Below are positions 26,758 to 36,830 of a stretch of 64,000 nucleotides of DNA, one piece after another (position 1 is the first letter of the stretch; each line of letters begins with the position of its first letter). Position numbers and translations under genes: made by a program. A model generated the notes under the pieces. The model was given only the letters and a program-made list of their open reading frames with translations. It did not search any database and was not told the origin of the DNA. The stretch is from a virus (taxonomy: Duplodnaviria > Caudoviricetes), in IMG/VR virus record IMGVR_UViG_3300033076_000411, positions 1 through 64,000 of that record; one strand, 5' to 3'.

Positions 26758-28251
26758 ATGACCACCTATAAGCGTGTAGATGGCGACTATGTTATTACAA
26801 CACTAGGCGTCACTGATATTGTACAAATTGAAAGTACCACAACTGTTATCACTGGAGATCTAAGTGTTTCCGGTAACGCTACCTTGTTAGGTAACATTTC
26901 TGGGGATAAACTGTTTAACGGAACATCCAACGTTGAAATTGCATCTGCAGGCAGCAACGTTACAATTGGTGTTGGTGGAACTAGTGTAGCAACTTATGCT
27001 ACCACTGGACATTACGTAACTGGATTAGAGTCAGTAACTGGGAATATCATTGGTGGCAACATCAATACAGCAGGACTAGTAACTGCAACAGGCAACGTCA
27101 ACGGCGGTAATATTAACACAGTTGGCAACATTATCATCACTAGAGATGCTAGTGTTGGACAACCAACAATTCAATTCTACGACACAGATACCACTGTAAC
27201 AGACGGCACAGTTTTAGGTGCAGTCGAATGGTATACTAGTGACCTAGCACCAAGCGCTCGTGTTACATCATCAATCCGATCGATTGCATCTGGTGTTACC
27301 GGTAACGCCAACGTTGAAATTCTAACATCGACCAACGGGGCTGCACCTACTCAAAAGGTTGTTGTGTTATCAACAGGCAACGTCGGTATTGCTAACTCTG
27401 CACCTTTGCATACATTTGCAGTTACAGGAACAAGTTATATTAGTGGTAACGTAACAGGCGGTAATGTTATCAGTTTAGGCGCAGTATCATCCGCGGCTAA
27501 TGTTTCAGCAACTGGCAATGTTATTGGGGGCAATATATTAACTGGTGGACTAGCATCAGCAACTGGTAACATAACTGGTGGCAACATCATTAGTTTGGGT
27601 GCTGTTTCTGCTGGCGCAGGCGGCGTGTCGGCAACTGGCAACATTACCGGTGGCAACGTTAACTCTACAGGTATTGTATCAGTAACTGGTAACATCATTG
27701 GTGGTAACGTTGTAAGTGCTACTACTGTAAGCATGAGCGGAAACGTTAACGGTGCCAACGCTTTGATTACAGGTAACATTACAGGCGCTAACTTGAATAT
27801 TACTGCTCAAAGCAGTGGTACAGGTATTGGCGTAGAAAATATTGTTTGGCAACCAACAACAGTGGTATTCAACAGTGCAGTAATGGCAAACGTTGGATCT
27901 TTGGGTTTCTTGGCGCTAGCAGGATCTAGTTATAAGTTTGAAGCATATATGCCAATACTACCCGATGGGTCAACTACCACTGGATTTAGTACGTATTTTG
28001 ATGCAGGCACTTGCTACTATACTGTTGAGTTTCAAACTACACAAACATCTTCGTTCAACACTTCAACTTCAAACGTTTCAGGCACAGCAGCAGCAACAGC
28101 AGGCATGACTGGAACTACTCCAAGAACTGCAAGAATTACAGGCACAATTTATAGTGCAGGCAACGCCAACGTAGCCATACAAGCGCAAACAAGCGCAGCA
28201 AATCTTAACATCCAATCAGGGTCATACATGACCTACACAAGAATCGGCTAA
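26758..28251 (+). CDS. Tail-fibre-like virion protein with GN(V/I)xGGN repeats
   Basis: Repeated SATGNVTGGNI units shared with the next fibre genes. Confidence 0.7.
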   Translation: MTTYKRVDGDYVITTLGVTDIVQIESTTTVITGDLSVSGNATLLGNISGDKLFNGTSNVEIASAGSNVTIGVGGTSVATYATTGHYVTGLESVTGNIIGGNINTAGLVTATGNVNGGNINTVGNIIITRDASVGQPTIQFYDTDTTVTDGTVLGAVEWYTSDLAPSARVTSSIRSIASGVTGNANVEILTSTNGAAPTQKVVVLSTGNVGIANSAPLHTFAVTGTSYISGNVTGGNVISLGAVSSAANVSATGNVIGGNILTGGLASATGNITGGNIISLGAVSAGAGGVSATGNITGGNVNSTGIVSVTGNIIGGNVVSATTVSMSGNVNGANALITGNITGANLNITAQSSGTGIGVENIVWQPTTVVFNSAVMANVGSLGFLALAGSSYKFEAYMPILPDGSTTTGFSTYFDAGTCYYTVEFQTTQTSSFNTSTSNVSGTAAATAGMTGTTPRTARITGTIYSAGNANVAIQAQTSAANLNIQSGSYMTYTRIG

Positions 28252-28301
28252 ACTCCCAATCAAAGTCTTTTGGTAAATACACTAGAGGACCTTGATTATC
28301 C

Positions 28302-31300
28302 ATGACACAACAGATCATTGACATTGGTGCAGCAGCAAACGATGGCACCGGAGAACCGTTACGCGATGCTTTCAACGCTGTAAACGAAAATTTTACAGAA
28401 ATTTATGCGGCTGGACCCGTTGATAGCAACATTGCGATTGCTAACAACACAATTAGCGTAACTAACACCAATGGAAACTTGGTTCTAATGCCAAACGGCA
28501 TTGGCGTTGTCCAGTCAAACAGTACAATTGTTCCCAGCATCGACAATGTTTACGACCTCGGTAGCCCAACTTTAAGATTTAACACAGTTAATGCCGGTTA
28601 CTTTATTGGTAACGGTGCTGGACTTACTGGAGTTACTGCGGCTAGTGGTCCTTATATTGCCAATGGTACTTCTAACGTTACCGTGGTGTCCAGCGGCGGA
28701 AATGTTACAATTGGTATCCAGACAACTAGCAATACAGTAGTCTTTGGTCGTTACGATTCTACATTTAAAGGTAACATTCTTCCTGCTTCGAACGTAACAT
28801 ACAATTTAGGTAGCCCAACTTCTGCTTGGAAAGATTTATATCTATCTAACAGCACTGTTTATCTCAATAACGCTGCTATTTCTGCCAACTCAACAGCATT
28901 TACATTTTCTACACCAACCGGTGGAACAATTTCTCTGCAAGGCAGCGGCACATTAGAACCGTATGGTAATGCAAACGTTGCTACATATCTGCCAACATAC
29001 ACTGGTGCATTGCGCGGCTCGAACGTTAGTGTTAGTGGTAACGTAACTGGTGCATACATTTTTGGTAACGGTTCTCAACTAACTGGCTTACCTGCAACAT
29101 ATTCTAACGCTGATGTCGCTGCTTATTTGGCCAGCGGCACAGATTCATCTAACATCATTACAACAGCAGGTGTTTCTGGTGCCACAGTTACAGCCACAGG
29201 TAACGTAACTGGCGGCAATATTAGAACGGCTGGCCAAGTCTCTGCAACTGGTAACATCACTGGTAACTATTTCCTTGGTAATGGTGCATTGCTATCTGGA
29301 TTACCAGAGACTTATTCTAACGCTAATGTTCAGGCATACTTGCCAACTTATTCTGGCAATATCGGATCTATTACTGCAACTGGTAACATTCAAGTTGTTA
29401 ATGGTATCTTCATTGGTAACGGTTCAGGACTAACTGGTGTTGTAGCAAGTTCGAACGTGGGCGCAGCAAGTAAACTTTCGAACGGAACAACAGAATTTAA
29501 TATTCCTATCGCAAATGGAAATGTAGTAGGCAATATTGGTGGAGTAACCAACGTTTACGAATTTGGTTCAACTGGAATGACAGTCGCTGGAGACATTTCT
29601 GCAACTGGAAATTTAATTGGTAATATTTCTAAACCGGGTGCTGGTGCAACTCTAATGATCAATGTAGGTGGCACCAGTGAATGGGAATTCACTGATGTCG
29701 GCGATCTAACTGCTCCGGGGAATATTACAACAGTTGCTAATATCCAAGCCGGTTACTTTATTGGTAACGGTGCTGGCCTTACTGGCTTGCCAGCAGGATA
29801 TTCAAATTCTGATGTTTCTACATACCTGGCCAGCGGCACAGATACTGCTAATATTATTACAACTGGTAATGTTCAAGCAACCGCAGTCAAGACAAACTTA
29901 ATCAACAATACCGGTGGCAATGAAAGAATTACAATTGACCCAGACAATACAGCATTGGGTTATATTAAAGTATACGGATTTGAAGACGGCGGCGAAAGAG
30001 TAGTAATTTCCAACCAATACACTGGTAGCAATGGTATCTATTTCTACACAGAAGGTGGAAACACATTTAGATTTGTTGGCAATCAAATGTTGTTTCCGGA
30101 CGCAACAACACAGACTACTGCGTTTACTGGTAGTTTGAGTGGTGCTAACTCGGTTGACATCACAGGCAACGTTACAACAACAGCCAACATCAGTGGTGCT
30201 TATATCTTAGGTAACGGTAGCCAACTTACTGGCTTGCCCGCTGGATATTCTAATGCAGACGTTGCATCATATTTGGCCAGCGGCACAGACACTAGCAATA
30301 TCATTACATCAGGTAACATCGGCGGCGGCAATTTGTCTTTGTCTGGTGATGTCCTTTCTCAAAATATTAGAACAATCGAAGGTACAGTTCACGTAGGTCA
30401 AGGTGCAGGCCTAACTAACCAAGGCACATACGGTATTGCAATGGGACGGTTTGCAGGCTCGCAAAATCAAGGCGGCGCTGGCGTAGCCGTTGGTCAGTTA
30501 GCAGGTCAAATTAGCCAAGGTGTTTCTGCTGTTGCTATTGGTCTTTATGCAGCGGCCAATACTCAAAGTGCTAATGCTGTAGCAGTGGGCACTTATGCTG
30601 GTCAACTCTTTCAAGGCGCAGACTCTGTTGCTATTGGTAAACTAGCCGGCAATAACACTCAAGGTTCAGACTCTGTTGCGGTTGGCCCAAATGCAGGTGC
30701 TGACGCACAAGGTATTGGTGCTATTGCAATAGGTAGCAGTGCTGGTATAACTTCCCAAGGAAATAGTGCTGTCGCTCTAGGCGCAACTGCTGGTCAAACC
30801 AACCAGGCAGATTTTGCTGTGGCAGTTGGTAGTGGTGCTGCCTACAACGGACAAGGTGCTGGCGCTATTGCTATCGGCGTTGACGCATCTCCTACTAATC
30901 AAGGTGATTACAGTATTGCCATTGGTGCCGGTGTGTCAACCAATGCTGCACAACCAAACAACAGCATTATCATTGACGCTACAGTGAGTTCGTTGCAGGC
31001 TACAGGTGCCGGCTTATTTGTTGCCCCAATTCGCGATGATGTTGCAAATGCAGGCAATCCTATAAGTTATAACACTTCTACTAAAGAATTAACATACTCA
31101 AATACAGTCAGCGTTGCAGGTAATGTAACTGGCGGAAACATCAACACAGTTGGTATTGTTTCGGCTACAGCAAATGTTCGTGGTGGCAACATAAACACAG
31201 CAGGTTTGGTAACCGCCGCAGGCAACGTGTATGGTGGTAATATCATCAGTGGTGGTACAATTTCTTCTACTGGTAACATTGTTACAACTGCCAACATCAG

Positions 31301-34300
31301 CGGTGGCAATTTATCGTTGAGCGGTGTATTTGGTGCAAGCACTCTTAGCGCCACTGCCAACGTTGATGGCGGTAACTTACGCACACAGGGTGTTGTTAGT
31401 GCAGCCGGTAATATTATCACAGATGGTTACTTTGTTGGTAACTTTGCTGGTAACATTACAGGCAACTTAACAGTCCCTGGATCAAACACACAAGTTCTTT
31501 ATAACGCTAATGGTAACGCCGGTGCAGTAGCAGGATTTACATACGCTTCTGACTCCAACACAATGACTGTGTTAGGTACAATTTCTGCACAAGCCAATGT
31601 AATTGCTGGCAACGTTAATACTGTTGGACAAGTTAGTGCTGTAGGCAACATCACCGGTGGTAATCTTAATGTTGCAGGTAATGTTAGCGCAACAGCCAAC
31701 GTTAATGGCGGAAACATTATTAGTTCTGCGTTGGTACAAGGTACTGTTGTATCGGCTAGCGGTAATGTTCGTGGCGGCAATCTTGTAACTAGTGGCGAAG
31801 TAAGCGCAACTGGTAATATCACAGGTGGTAACCTAAGTGGTACAAGTATTGCTGGTACTTTAACAACAGCAGCCCAAACAAACATTACAAGCGTTGGTAC
31901 ATTAGGCAGTTTAACAGTTACAGCAAACGTAGCCGGTGGTAACTTAACAACTGGCGGACAAGTCAGTGCTACTGGTAATATCACAGGTGGTAACCTAAGT
32001 GGTACAAGTATTGTTGGTACTTTAACAACTGCTGCACAAACCAATATCACAAGTGTTGGTACACTAGGTTCATTAAACGTTACTGGCAACATTGGCGGCG
32101 GCAACCTAAATGCCACAGGATTGAGCCTAAGCGGTAACGTTGTTAGCGCACTTGTATCAGCGGCTAACATCACAACTTCTGCTAACATCAGCGGTCAGTA
32201 CATTTTAGGTAACGGTGCATTCTTAACTGGTATTGCTGCCGGATCGACTTACGGCGATTCTAACGTAACAACATTGCTGGCTGCATTGGGTTCAAATGTA
32301 ATCAGCGGTACAGGCAATGTTACAACTACAGCCAACGTTTCTGGTGGTAACTTATTAACTGGTGGTCAAGTAAGTGCAACAGGTAATGTTACAGGTGGCA
32401 ACATTATAACTGGCGGCGCTGTTTCAGCAACCGGTAATGTATCTGCAACTGGCAACGTTCAGGCCGGTAACTTGATAACTGGCGGCAACATCTACACCAA
32501 CACCAACGGTGGTGGTTTGTTGTCTAATACGCTGACAACATCAACGTATAACATTTACACCCAGAACCCAGGTACTGGCCAGTCAAAGACTGTTAACCTC
32601 GGTACTGGGCAAACACTAAGCACATCAACTACTCAAATCAATCTTGGTTCGCAGTTTGGTAATTCCAATGTTACAGTATATGGTAATTTTGTTATTGCTA
32701 ACACAATGACAAGTTTGAGCACTGGTACTGCTAACTTCTTGGGCAACATTCGTGGGGCTAACTTAAACACAGGTGGTGTAGTAAGTGCAACTGGCAACAT
32801 CATTGGTGGTAACTTAAATGCTGCGGGATTGAGTTTGAGTGGCAACATTGTTAGTGCTCTAAACGCTAGCAGCAATATCACCGCAGGCGGTATTATCAGC
32901 GCAGTTGGCAACATCAACAGCGGCAATGTAAACACAGGTATTGTTAGTGCAACTGGTAACATCAACGTTGGAGGTAGCATTGTTACTGCTGGCGGAGCAG
33001 GTAATATCACAGGTGCTAACGTAATTTCTGCTACCACACTTTCTGCAAGTGGCAACGTAACAGGTGCAAACGTCAACGGTACTGTAGTATCTGCAACTGG
33101 TAACATTGTCGGCGGTAACTTAAACGCTGCGGGATTGAGCCTGAGTGGCAACGTTGTTAGTGCATTAGTAAGTGCAGCCAATATTACAACCACAGCAAAT
33201 ATTTCGGGCAACTACATTTTAGGTAATGGCGCATTGTTGTCTGGATTGGCAACATACGGCAACTCAAATGTTGCAGCATACTTGCCAACTTACACTGGCA
33301 ATTTAGATTCACTTGCTGGTAATGTAACTACCACAGGTAACATTTCAGCCAACTACTACATTGGTAACGGTTCTTTGTTAACTGGTGTTGTTGCCACTGG
33401 CATTGGTACTTTAACAAGTTTAAGTGTAACTGGTAATATTGATGCAGGTAATCTGCGCACAGCAGGACTTGTAACAGCCACAGGTAATGTAACTGGCGGC
33501 AATGTTATATCTATTGCAGATGTCTCAGCAGGCGGTATTGTTTCTGCAACTGGTAACATCACTGGCGGTAATATAAGTACAGCCGGTTTAGTTACTGCAA
33601 CCGGCAATATCACCGGCGGCAATTTAAACACAGCAGGTTTGGCATCTGTTACTGGTAACGTTGTTGGTGGAAATTTAATTACTTCTGCATTGGTTCAAGG
33701 ACAAACAGTAAGTGCCACTGGTAACGTTGTTGGTGGCAACGTCAACACTGGCGGCGCAATTACTGCAATTGGTAATATCATTGGCGGCAACATCAACACA
33801 GTCGGTGATGTATCTGCTGCTACATTGACTACAACTGGCAATGCTATTGTTGGTGGTGACTTGATTGTTAACGGCAACATTGCGTATGTAAACGTTTCAA
33901 CATTGAGTGTTGAAGATCCGATTATTGGTGTTGGTCGAGGACCAAATGGTGCTCCATTGTCAAGCGACGATGGCAAAGATCGAGGTTTAGATCTTTGGTA
34001 TTATAACGGAGCAGAAAAACAAGCGTTTATCGGTTTTGATGATTCAACCGGTAAGATGTTTGCTGCAACTGATGTTGCTATCGTTAGTGAACAAGTTGCA
34101 GTTAATTCTTACGGTGCATTTGTAGTTGGTGATCTTGAAGGTGCAACAGTTACAGCAACAGGTAATATTCAAGGCGGCAACATCAACAGTGCAGCACTGA
34201 TTCAAGGTGCAACAGTAAGCGCAACTGGCAACGTCAATGGCGGCAACGTTAATACTACATTGGTTGCTGCAACCACAGTAAGTGCCACTGGCAACGTCGA

Positions 34301-36491
34301 CGGCGGCAACGTTAATACTACATTGGTTGCTGCAACCACAGTAAGCGCATCAGGTAATATCCGCGGTGCAAACTTTAATACAACTGGATTAATTACAGCA
34401 ACTGGTAATGTAACAGGTGGCAACATTGAAACTCCTGGCTTAATTACTGCGGTTGGAAATATCACAGGTGGCAACCTCAGTACTACATTAGTCACAGCAT
34501 CTATTGTGAGTGCAACTGGTAACGTCACAGGTGGCAACCTCACTACAGCAGGTCAAGCATCAGTTGGTGGCAACATCACTGGTGGCAACGTCAACAGTAA
34601 TGGTGTTGTAACAGCAATTGGCAATGTTGGCGGCGCAAATGTTAATTCGGGCGGTGCTGTATCTGCAACTGGAAACGTTAATGGTGGCAACATCAACACA
34701 GGCGGCTTGGTTTCGGCAACAGGTAATATTACAGGTGGTAATGTTAACACAGTATTAGTGGCTGCTACAACACTCAGCGCAACTGCAAACGTAATCGGCG
34801 GCAATGTTAATACTGGTGGTTTGGTTTCTGCAACTGGCAATATTATTGGTGGTAACTTAAATGCTGCGGGATTGAGTTTGAGTGGCAACGTTGTTAGCGA
34901 CTTAAACAGCACTGGTAACATTACAACAACCGGCAATATCAGCGGTGGCAACATCCTAACATCAAATGCTATCAACGCTGGTTCAGTGTTCTCAACCGGA
35001 CCAGTAAGCGGTGTTGGCAACGTTAACGGTGGAAATATCAATACAGGTGGTTTGGTTTCTGCAACTGGATCAATTAATGCCGGAACTACTTTATCAGCAG
35101 CAGGCAACGTAACTGGTGGAAATATTCGTACCGCAGGTGTTGTTAGCGCAAGCGGCAACATCTTAACTTCTGCACAGATCAGCGCAACAGGTAATATCAC
35201 AGGTGGCAATGTTATTGCTACAACGTTTATTGGTAACTTACAAGGTAACATCAATACTCCGGGCGCAAACAGTCAAGTTATGTTTAACTTGAATGGACAA
35301 CTTGGTGCTGACTCTGGATTTGTGTATGACTATGTTGCTAACGCTCTAACAGTTAGCGGTAAGATTGCTACAAACGAAGGCGGTGACCTAGACATTGCTG
35401 GACGTATTAGTGCAGCCGGTAACATTCTAACTGGCACTGGTAACATTTCAGGTGGAAACATTCTGTCTGGTGCTCTAATTAGTGCAGTTGGTAACATCAC
35501 TGGCGGCAACTTAAATGCTGCTGGATTGAGTCTAAGCGGCAACGTTGTAAGTGCATTGAACTTATCGGGCGGCGCAGTTAACACTACTGGCGCTGTCTCT
35601 GCTGCTGGCAACGTCACTGGTGGTAATGTAAACACAGCAGGTTTAGTAACAGCAACCGGCAACGTCACTGGCGGCAATATTGTCACAGGCGGTGCAGTAA
35701 GTGCAGCAGGTGCAGTTTCGGCAACCGGCAACGTCACTGGCGGCAATGTAAACACAGGCGGTTTGATTTCTGCAACCGGCAACATCACTGGTGGTAACAT
35801 CACTACAGCAGGTATATTGTCTGTGGCTGGTAACATTTTTGGTGCAACAGATTTGTACATTGGTTCAGGCGCAGCCACAGCCGGATTTACAACATCACCA
35901 GTTATCATTGGTAAAGACTCTAGTTTAACATATACCCAAATTGGTATTCAAAACGCTTCAGGATTTGGTTCTGCAGACTTTACAGCATACGCAAACAACG
36001 GTACTGAGTCTGCGGGATGGGTAGACATGGGCTTCACTGGCAATACGTTCAGTGACCTAGCATACACAGTAACAGCACCAAATGACGGATACTTGTTTGT
36101 TCAAGGTAACGCAAGTTTTGGCGGTAACCTGGTTATTGCTACAGGTGATACAGGCACTACTAAAGACATTGTGTTTGCAACTGGCGGTTTTGGATCTAGC
36201 GATATTAAAGCACGTTTGTACAATGCAACTGGCCAGTTTAGTGTAACAGGCAATGTTGCAGGCGGCAACATTACAACAGGTGGCGCAGTATCTGCAACCG
36301 GAGCAATTTACGGTGCAAGTCTAACCGCAACTGGTAATATTGTTGGTGGAAACGTTACAACCACCGGCACATTCTCAACCACCGGCAACATCTCTGCCAA
36401 TAATATCAGTGCTACAACAGGCATAAGTATTACTGGAAAAGCAGTAGCAACAGTAGATGATGCAACAGCATTAGCAATAGCATTAGGATAA
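28302..36491 (+). CDS. Giant (2729 aa) fibre/adhesin-like virion protein
   Basis: N-terminal QIIDIGAAANDGTGEPLRDAF..VNENFTEIY (fibre/baseplate attachment motif), many GNVTGGN repeats, 16-aa AVAIG repeat block. Confidence 0.8.
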   Translation: MTQQIIDIGAAANDGTGEPLRDAFNAVNENFTEIYAAGPVDSNIAIANNTISVTNTNGNLVLMPNGIGVVQSNSTIVPSIDNVYDLGSPTLRFNTVNAGYFIGNGAGLTGVTAASGPYIANGTSNVTVVSSGGNVTIGIQTTSNTVVFGRYDSTFKGNILPASNVTYNLGSPTSAWKDLYLSNSTVYLNNAAISANSTAFTFSTPTGGTISLQGSGTLEPYGNANVATYLPTYTGALRGSNVSVSGNVTGAYIFGNGSQLTGLPATYSNADVAAYLASGTDSSNIITTAGVSGATVTATGNVTGGNIRTAGQVSATGNITGNYFLGNGALLSGLPETYSNANVQAYLPTYSGNIGSITATGNIQVVNGIFIGNGSGLTGVVASSNVGAASKLSNGTTEFNIPIANGNVVGNIGGVTNVYEFGSTGMTVAGDISATGNLIGNISKPGAGATLMINVGGTSEWEFTDVGDLTAPGNITTVANIQAGYFIGNGAGLTGLPAGYSNSDVSTYLASGTDTANIITTGNVQATAVKTNLINNTGGNERITIDPDNTALGYIKVYGFEDGGERVVISNQYTGSNGIYFYTEGGNTFRFVGNQMLFPDATTQTTAFTGSLSGANSVDITGNVTTTANISGAYILGNGSQLTGLPAGYSNADVASYLASGTDTSNIITSGNIGGGNLSLSGDVLSQNIRTIEGTVHVGQGAGLTNQGTYGIAMGRFAGSQNQGGAGVAVGQLAGQISQGVSAVAIGLYAAANTQSANAVAVGTYAGQLFQGADSVAIGKLAGNNTQGSDSVAVGPNAGADAQGIGAIAIGSSAGITSQGNSAVALGATAGQTNQADFAVAVGSGAAYNGQGAGAIAIGVDASPTNQGDYSIAIGAGVSTNAAQPNNSIIIDATVSSLQATGAGLFVAPIRDDVANAGNPISYNTSTKELTYSNTVSVAGNVTGGNINTVGIVSATANVRGGNINTAGLVTAAGNVYGGNIISGGTISSTGNIVTTANISGGNLSLSGVFGASTLSATANVDGGNLRTQGVVSAAGNIITDGYFVGNFAGNITGNLTVPGSNTQVLYNANGNAGAVAGFTYASDSNTMTVLGTISAQANVIAGNVNTVGQVSAVGNITGGNLNVAGNVSATANVNGGNIISSALVQGTVVSASGNVRGGNLVTSGEVSATGNITGGNLSGTSIAGTLTTAAQTNITSVGTLGSLTVTANVAGGNLTTGGQVSATGNITGGNLSGTSIVGTLTTAAQTNITSVGTLGSLNVTGNIGGGNLNATGLSLSGNVVSALVSAANITTSANISGQYILGNGAFLTGIAAGSTYGDSNVTTLLAALGSNVISGTGNVTTTANVSGGNLLTGGQVSATGNVTGGNIITGGAVSATGNVSATGNVQAGNLITGGNIYTNTNGGGLLSNTLTTSTYNIYTQNPGTGQSKTVNLGTGQTLSTSTTQINLGSQFGNSNVTVYGNFVIANTMTSLSTGTANFLGNIRGANLNTGGVVSATGNIIGGNLNAAGLSLSGNIVSALNASSNITAGGIISAVGNINSGNVNTGIVSATGNINVGGSIVTAGGAGNITGANVISATTLSASGNVTGANVNGTVVSATGNIVGGNLNAAGLSLSGNVVSALVSAANITTTANISGNYILGNGALLSGLATYGNSNVAAYLPTYTGNLDSLAGNVTTTGNISANYYIGNGSLLTGVVATGIGTLTSLSVTGNIDAGNLRTAGLVTATGNVTGGNVISIADVSAGGIVSATGNITGGNISTAGLVTATGNITGGNLNTAGLASVTGNVVGGNLITSALVQGQTVSATGNVVGGNVNTGGAITAIGNIIGGNINTVGDVSAATLTTTGNAIVGGDLIVNGNIAYVNVSTLSVEDPIIGVGRGPNGAPLSSDDGKDRGLDLWYYNGAEKQAFIGFDDSTGKMFAATDVAIVSEQVAVNSYGAFVVGDLEGATVTATGNIQGGNINSAALIQGATVSATGNVNGGNVNTTLVAATTVSATGNVDGGNVNTTLVAATTVSASGNIRGANFNTTGLITATGNVTGGNIETPGLITAVGNITGGNLSTTLVTASIVSATGNVTGGNLTTAGQASVGGNITGGNVNSNGVVTAIGNVGGANVNSGGAVSATGNVNGGNINTGGLVSATGNITGGNVNTVLVAATTLSATANVIGGNVNTGGLVSATGNIIGGNLNAAGLSLSGNVVSDLNSTGNITTTGNISGGNILTSNAINAGSVFSTGPVSGVGNVNGGNINTGGLVSATGSINAGTTLSAAGNVTGGNIRTAGVVSASGNILTSAQISATGNITGGNVIATTFIGNLQGNINTPGANSQVMFNLNGQLGADSGFVYDYVANALTVSGKIATNEGGDLDIAGRISAAGNILTGTGNISGGNILSGALISAVGNITGGNLNAAGLSLSGNVVSALNLSGGAVNTTGAVSAAGNVTGGNVNTAGLVTATGNVTGGNIVTGGAVSAAGAVSATGNVTGGNVNTGGLISATGNITGGNITTAGILSVAGNIFGATDLYIGSGAATAGFTTSPVIIGKDSSLTYTQIGIQNASGFGSADFTAYANNGTESAGWVDMGFTGNTFSDLAYTVTAPNDGYLFVQGNASFGGNLVIATGDTGTTKDIVFATGGFGSSDIKARLYNATGQFSVTGNVAGGNITTGGAVSATGAIYGASLTATGNIVGGNVTTTGTFSTTGNISANNISATTGISITGKAVATVDDATALAIALG
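30396..30930 (+). repeat. In-frame 16-aa tandem repeat (about 11 copies), YadA-head-like
   Basis: xxAGxxxQGxxAVA(I/V)G units, e.g. QLAGQISQGVSAVAIG, TYAGQLFQGADSVAIG, KLAGNNTQGSDSVAVG. Confidence 0.75.
31809..32070 (+). repeat. Near-identical 162-bp-period duplication in the fibre gene
   Basis: ACTGGTAATATCACAGGTGGTAACCTAAGTGGTACAAGTATTG at 31809 and 31971. Confidence 0.85.
34239..34345 (+). repeat. Near-identical 63-bp-period tandem duplication in the fibre gene
   Basis: GGCGGCAACGTTAATACTACATTGGTTGCTGCAACCACAGTAAG at 34239 and 34302. Confidence 0.85.
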
Positions 36492-36494
36492 AAA

Positions 36495-36830
36495 ATGGCA
36501 AATACATTTACACGAAAACTCAGCAGAGGCGTAGGAACCACAGCAACCGCGGTAGGATCATACACTGTGGGTGCCAACACTACTACTGTAGTAGTTGGAC
36601 TAACAGTTACAAATACTTCCGGCAGTGCTATCTCTGCCAACGTTTATATAAATGATCAAAGTGCTGCTAACACTTACGTAATTACAAATGCTCCAATTTC
36701 TAGTGGTGCTTCGTTGGTACCAATTGGTGGCGATCAAAAGATTGTTTTGATCACAGGCGATAAGATTTATGTTCAAAGTAGTGCTGCCAGCAGCATTGAT
36801 GCAATTTTGAGTATCATGGAAATCACATAA
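36495..36830 (+). CDS. Small virion-associated protein
   Basis: RBS AGGA, embedded in fibre operon, beta-rich. Confidence 0.7.
   Translation: MANTFTRKLSRGVGTTATAVGSYTVGANTTTVVVGLTVTNTSGSAISANVYINDQSAANTYVITNAPISSGASLVPIGGDQKIVLITGDKIYVQSSAASSIDAILSIMEIT

Noticed and set aside
31809-34345. DGR template/variable repeat pair or CRISPR array
   Set aside because: Copies differ mostly at synonymous third positions rather than adenines, there is no reverse transcriptase, and there are no unique spacers; these are in-frame coding repeats.
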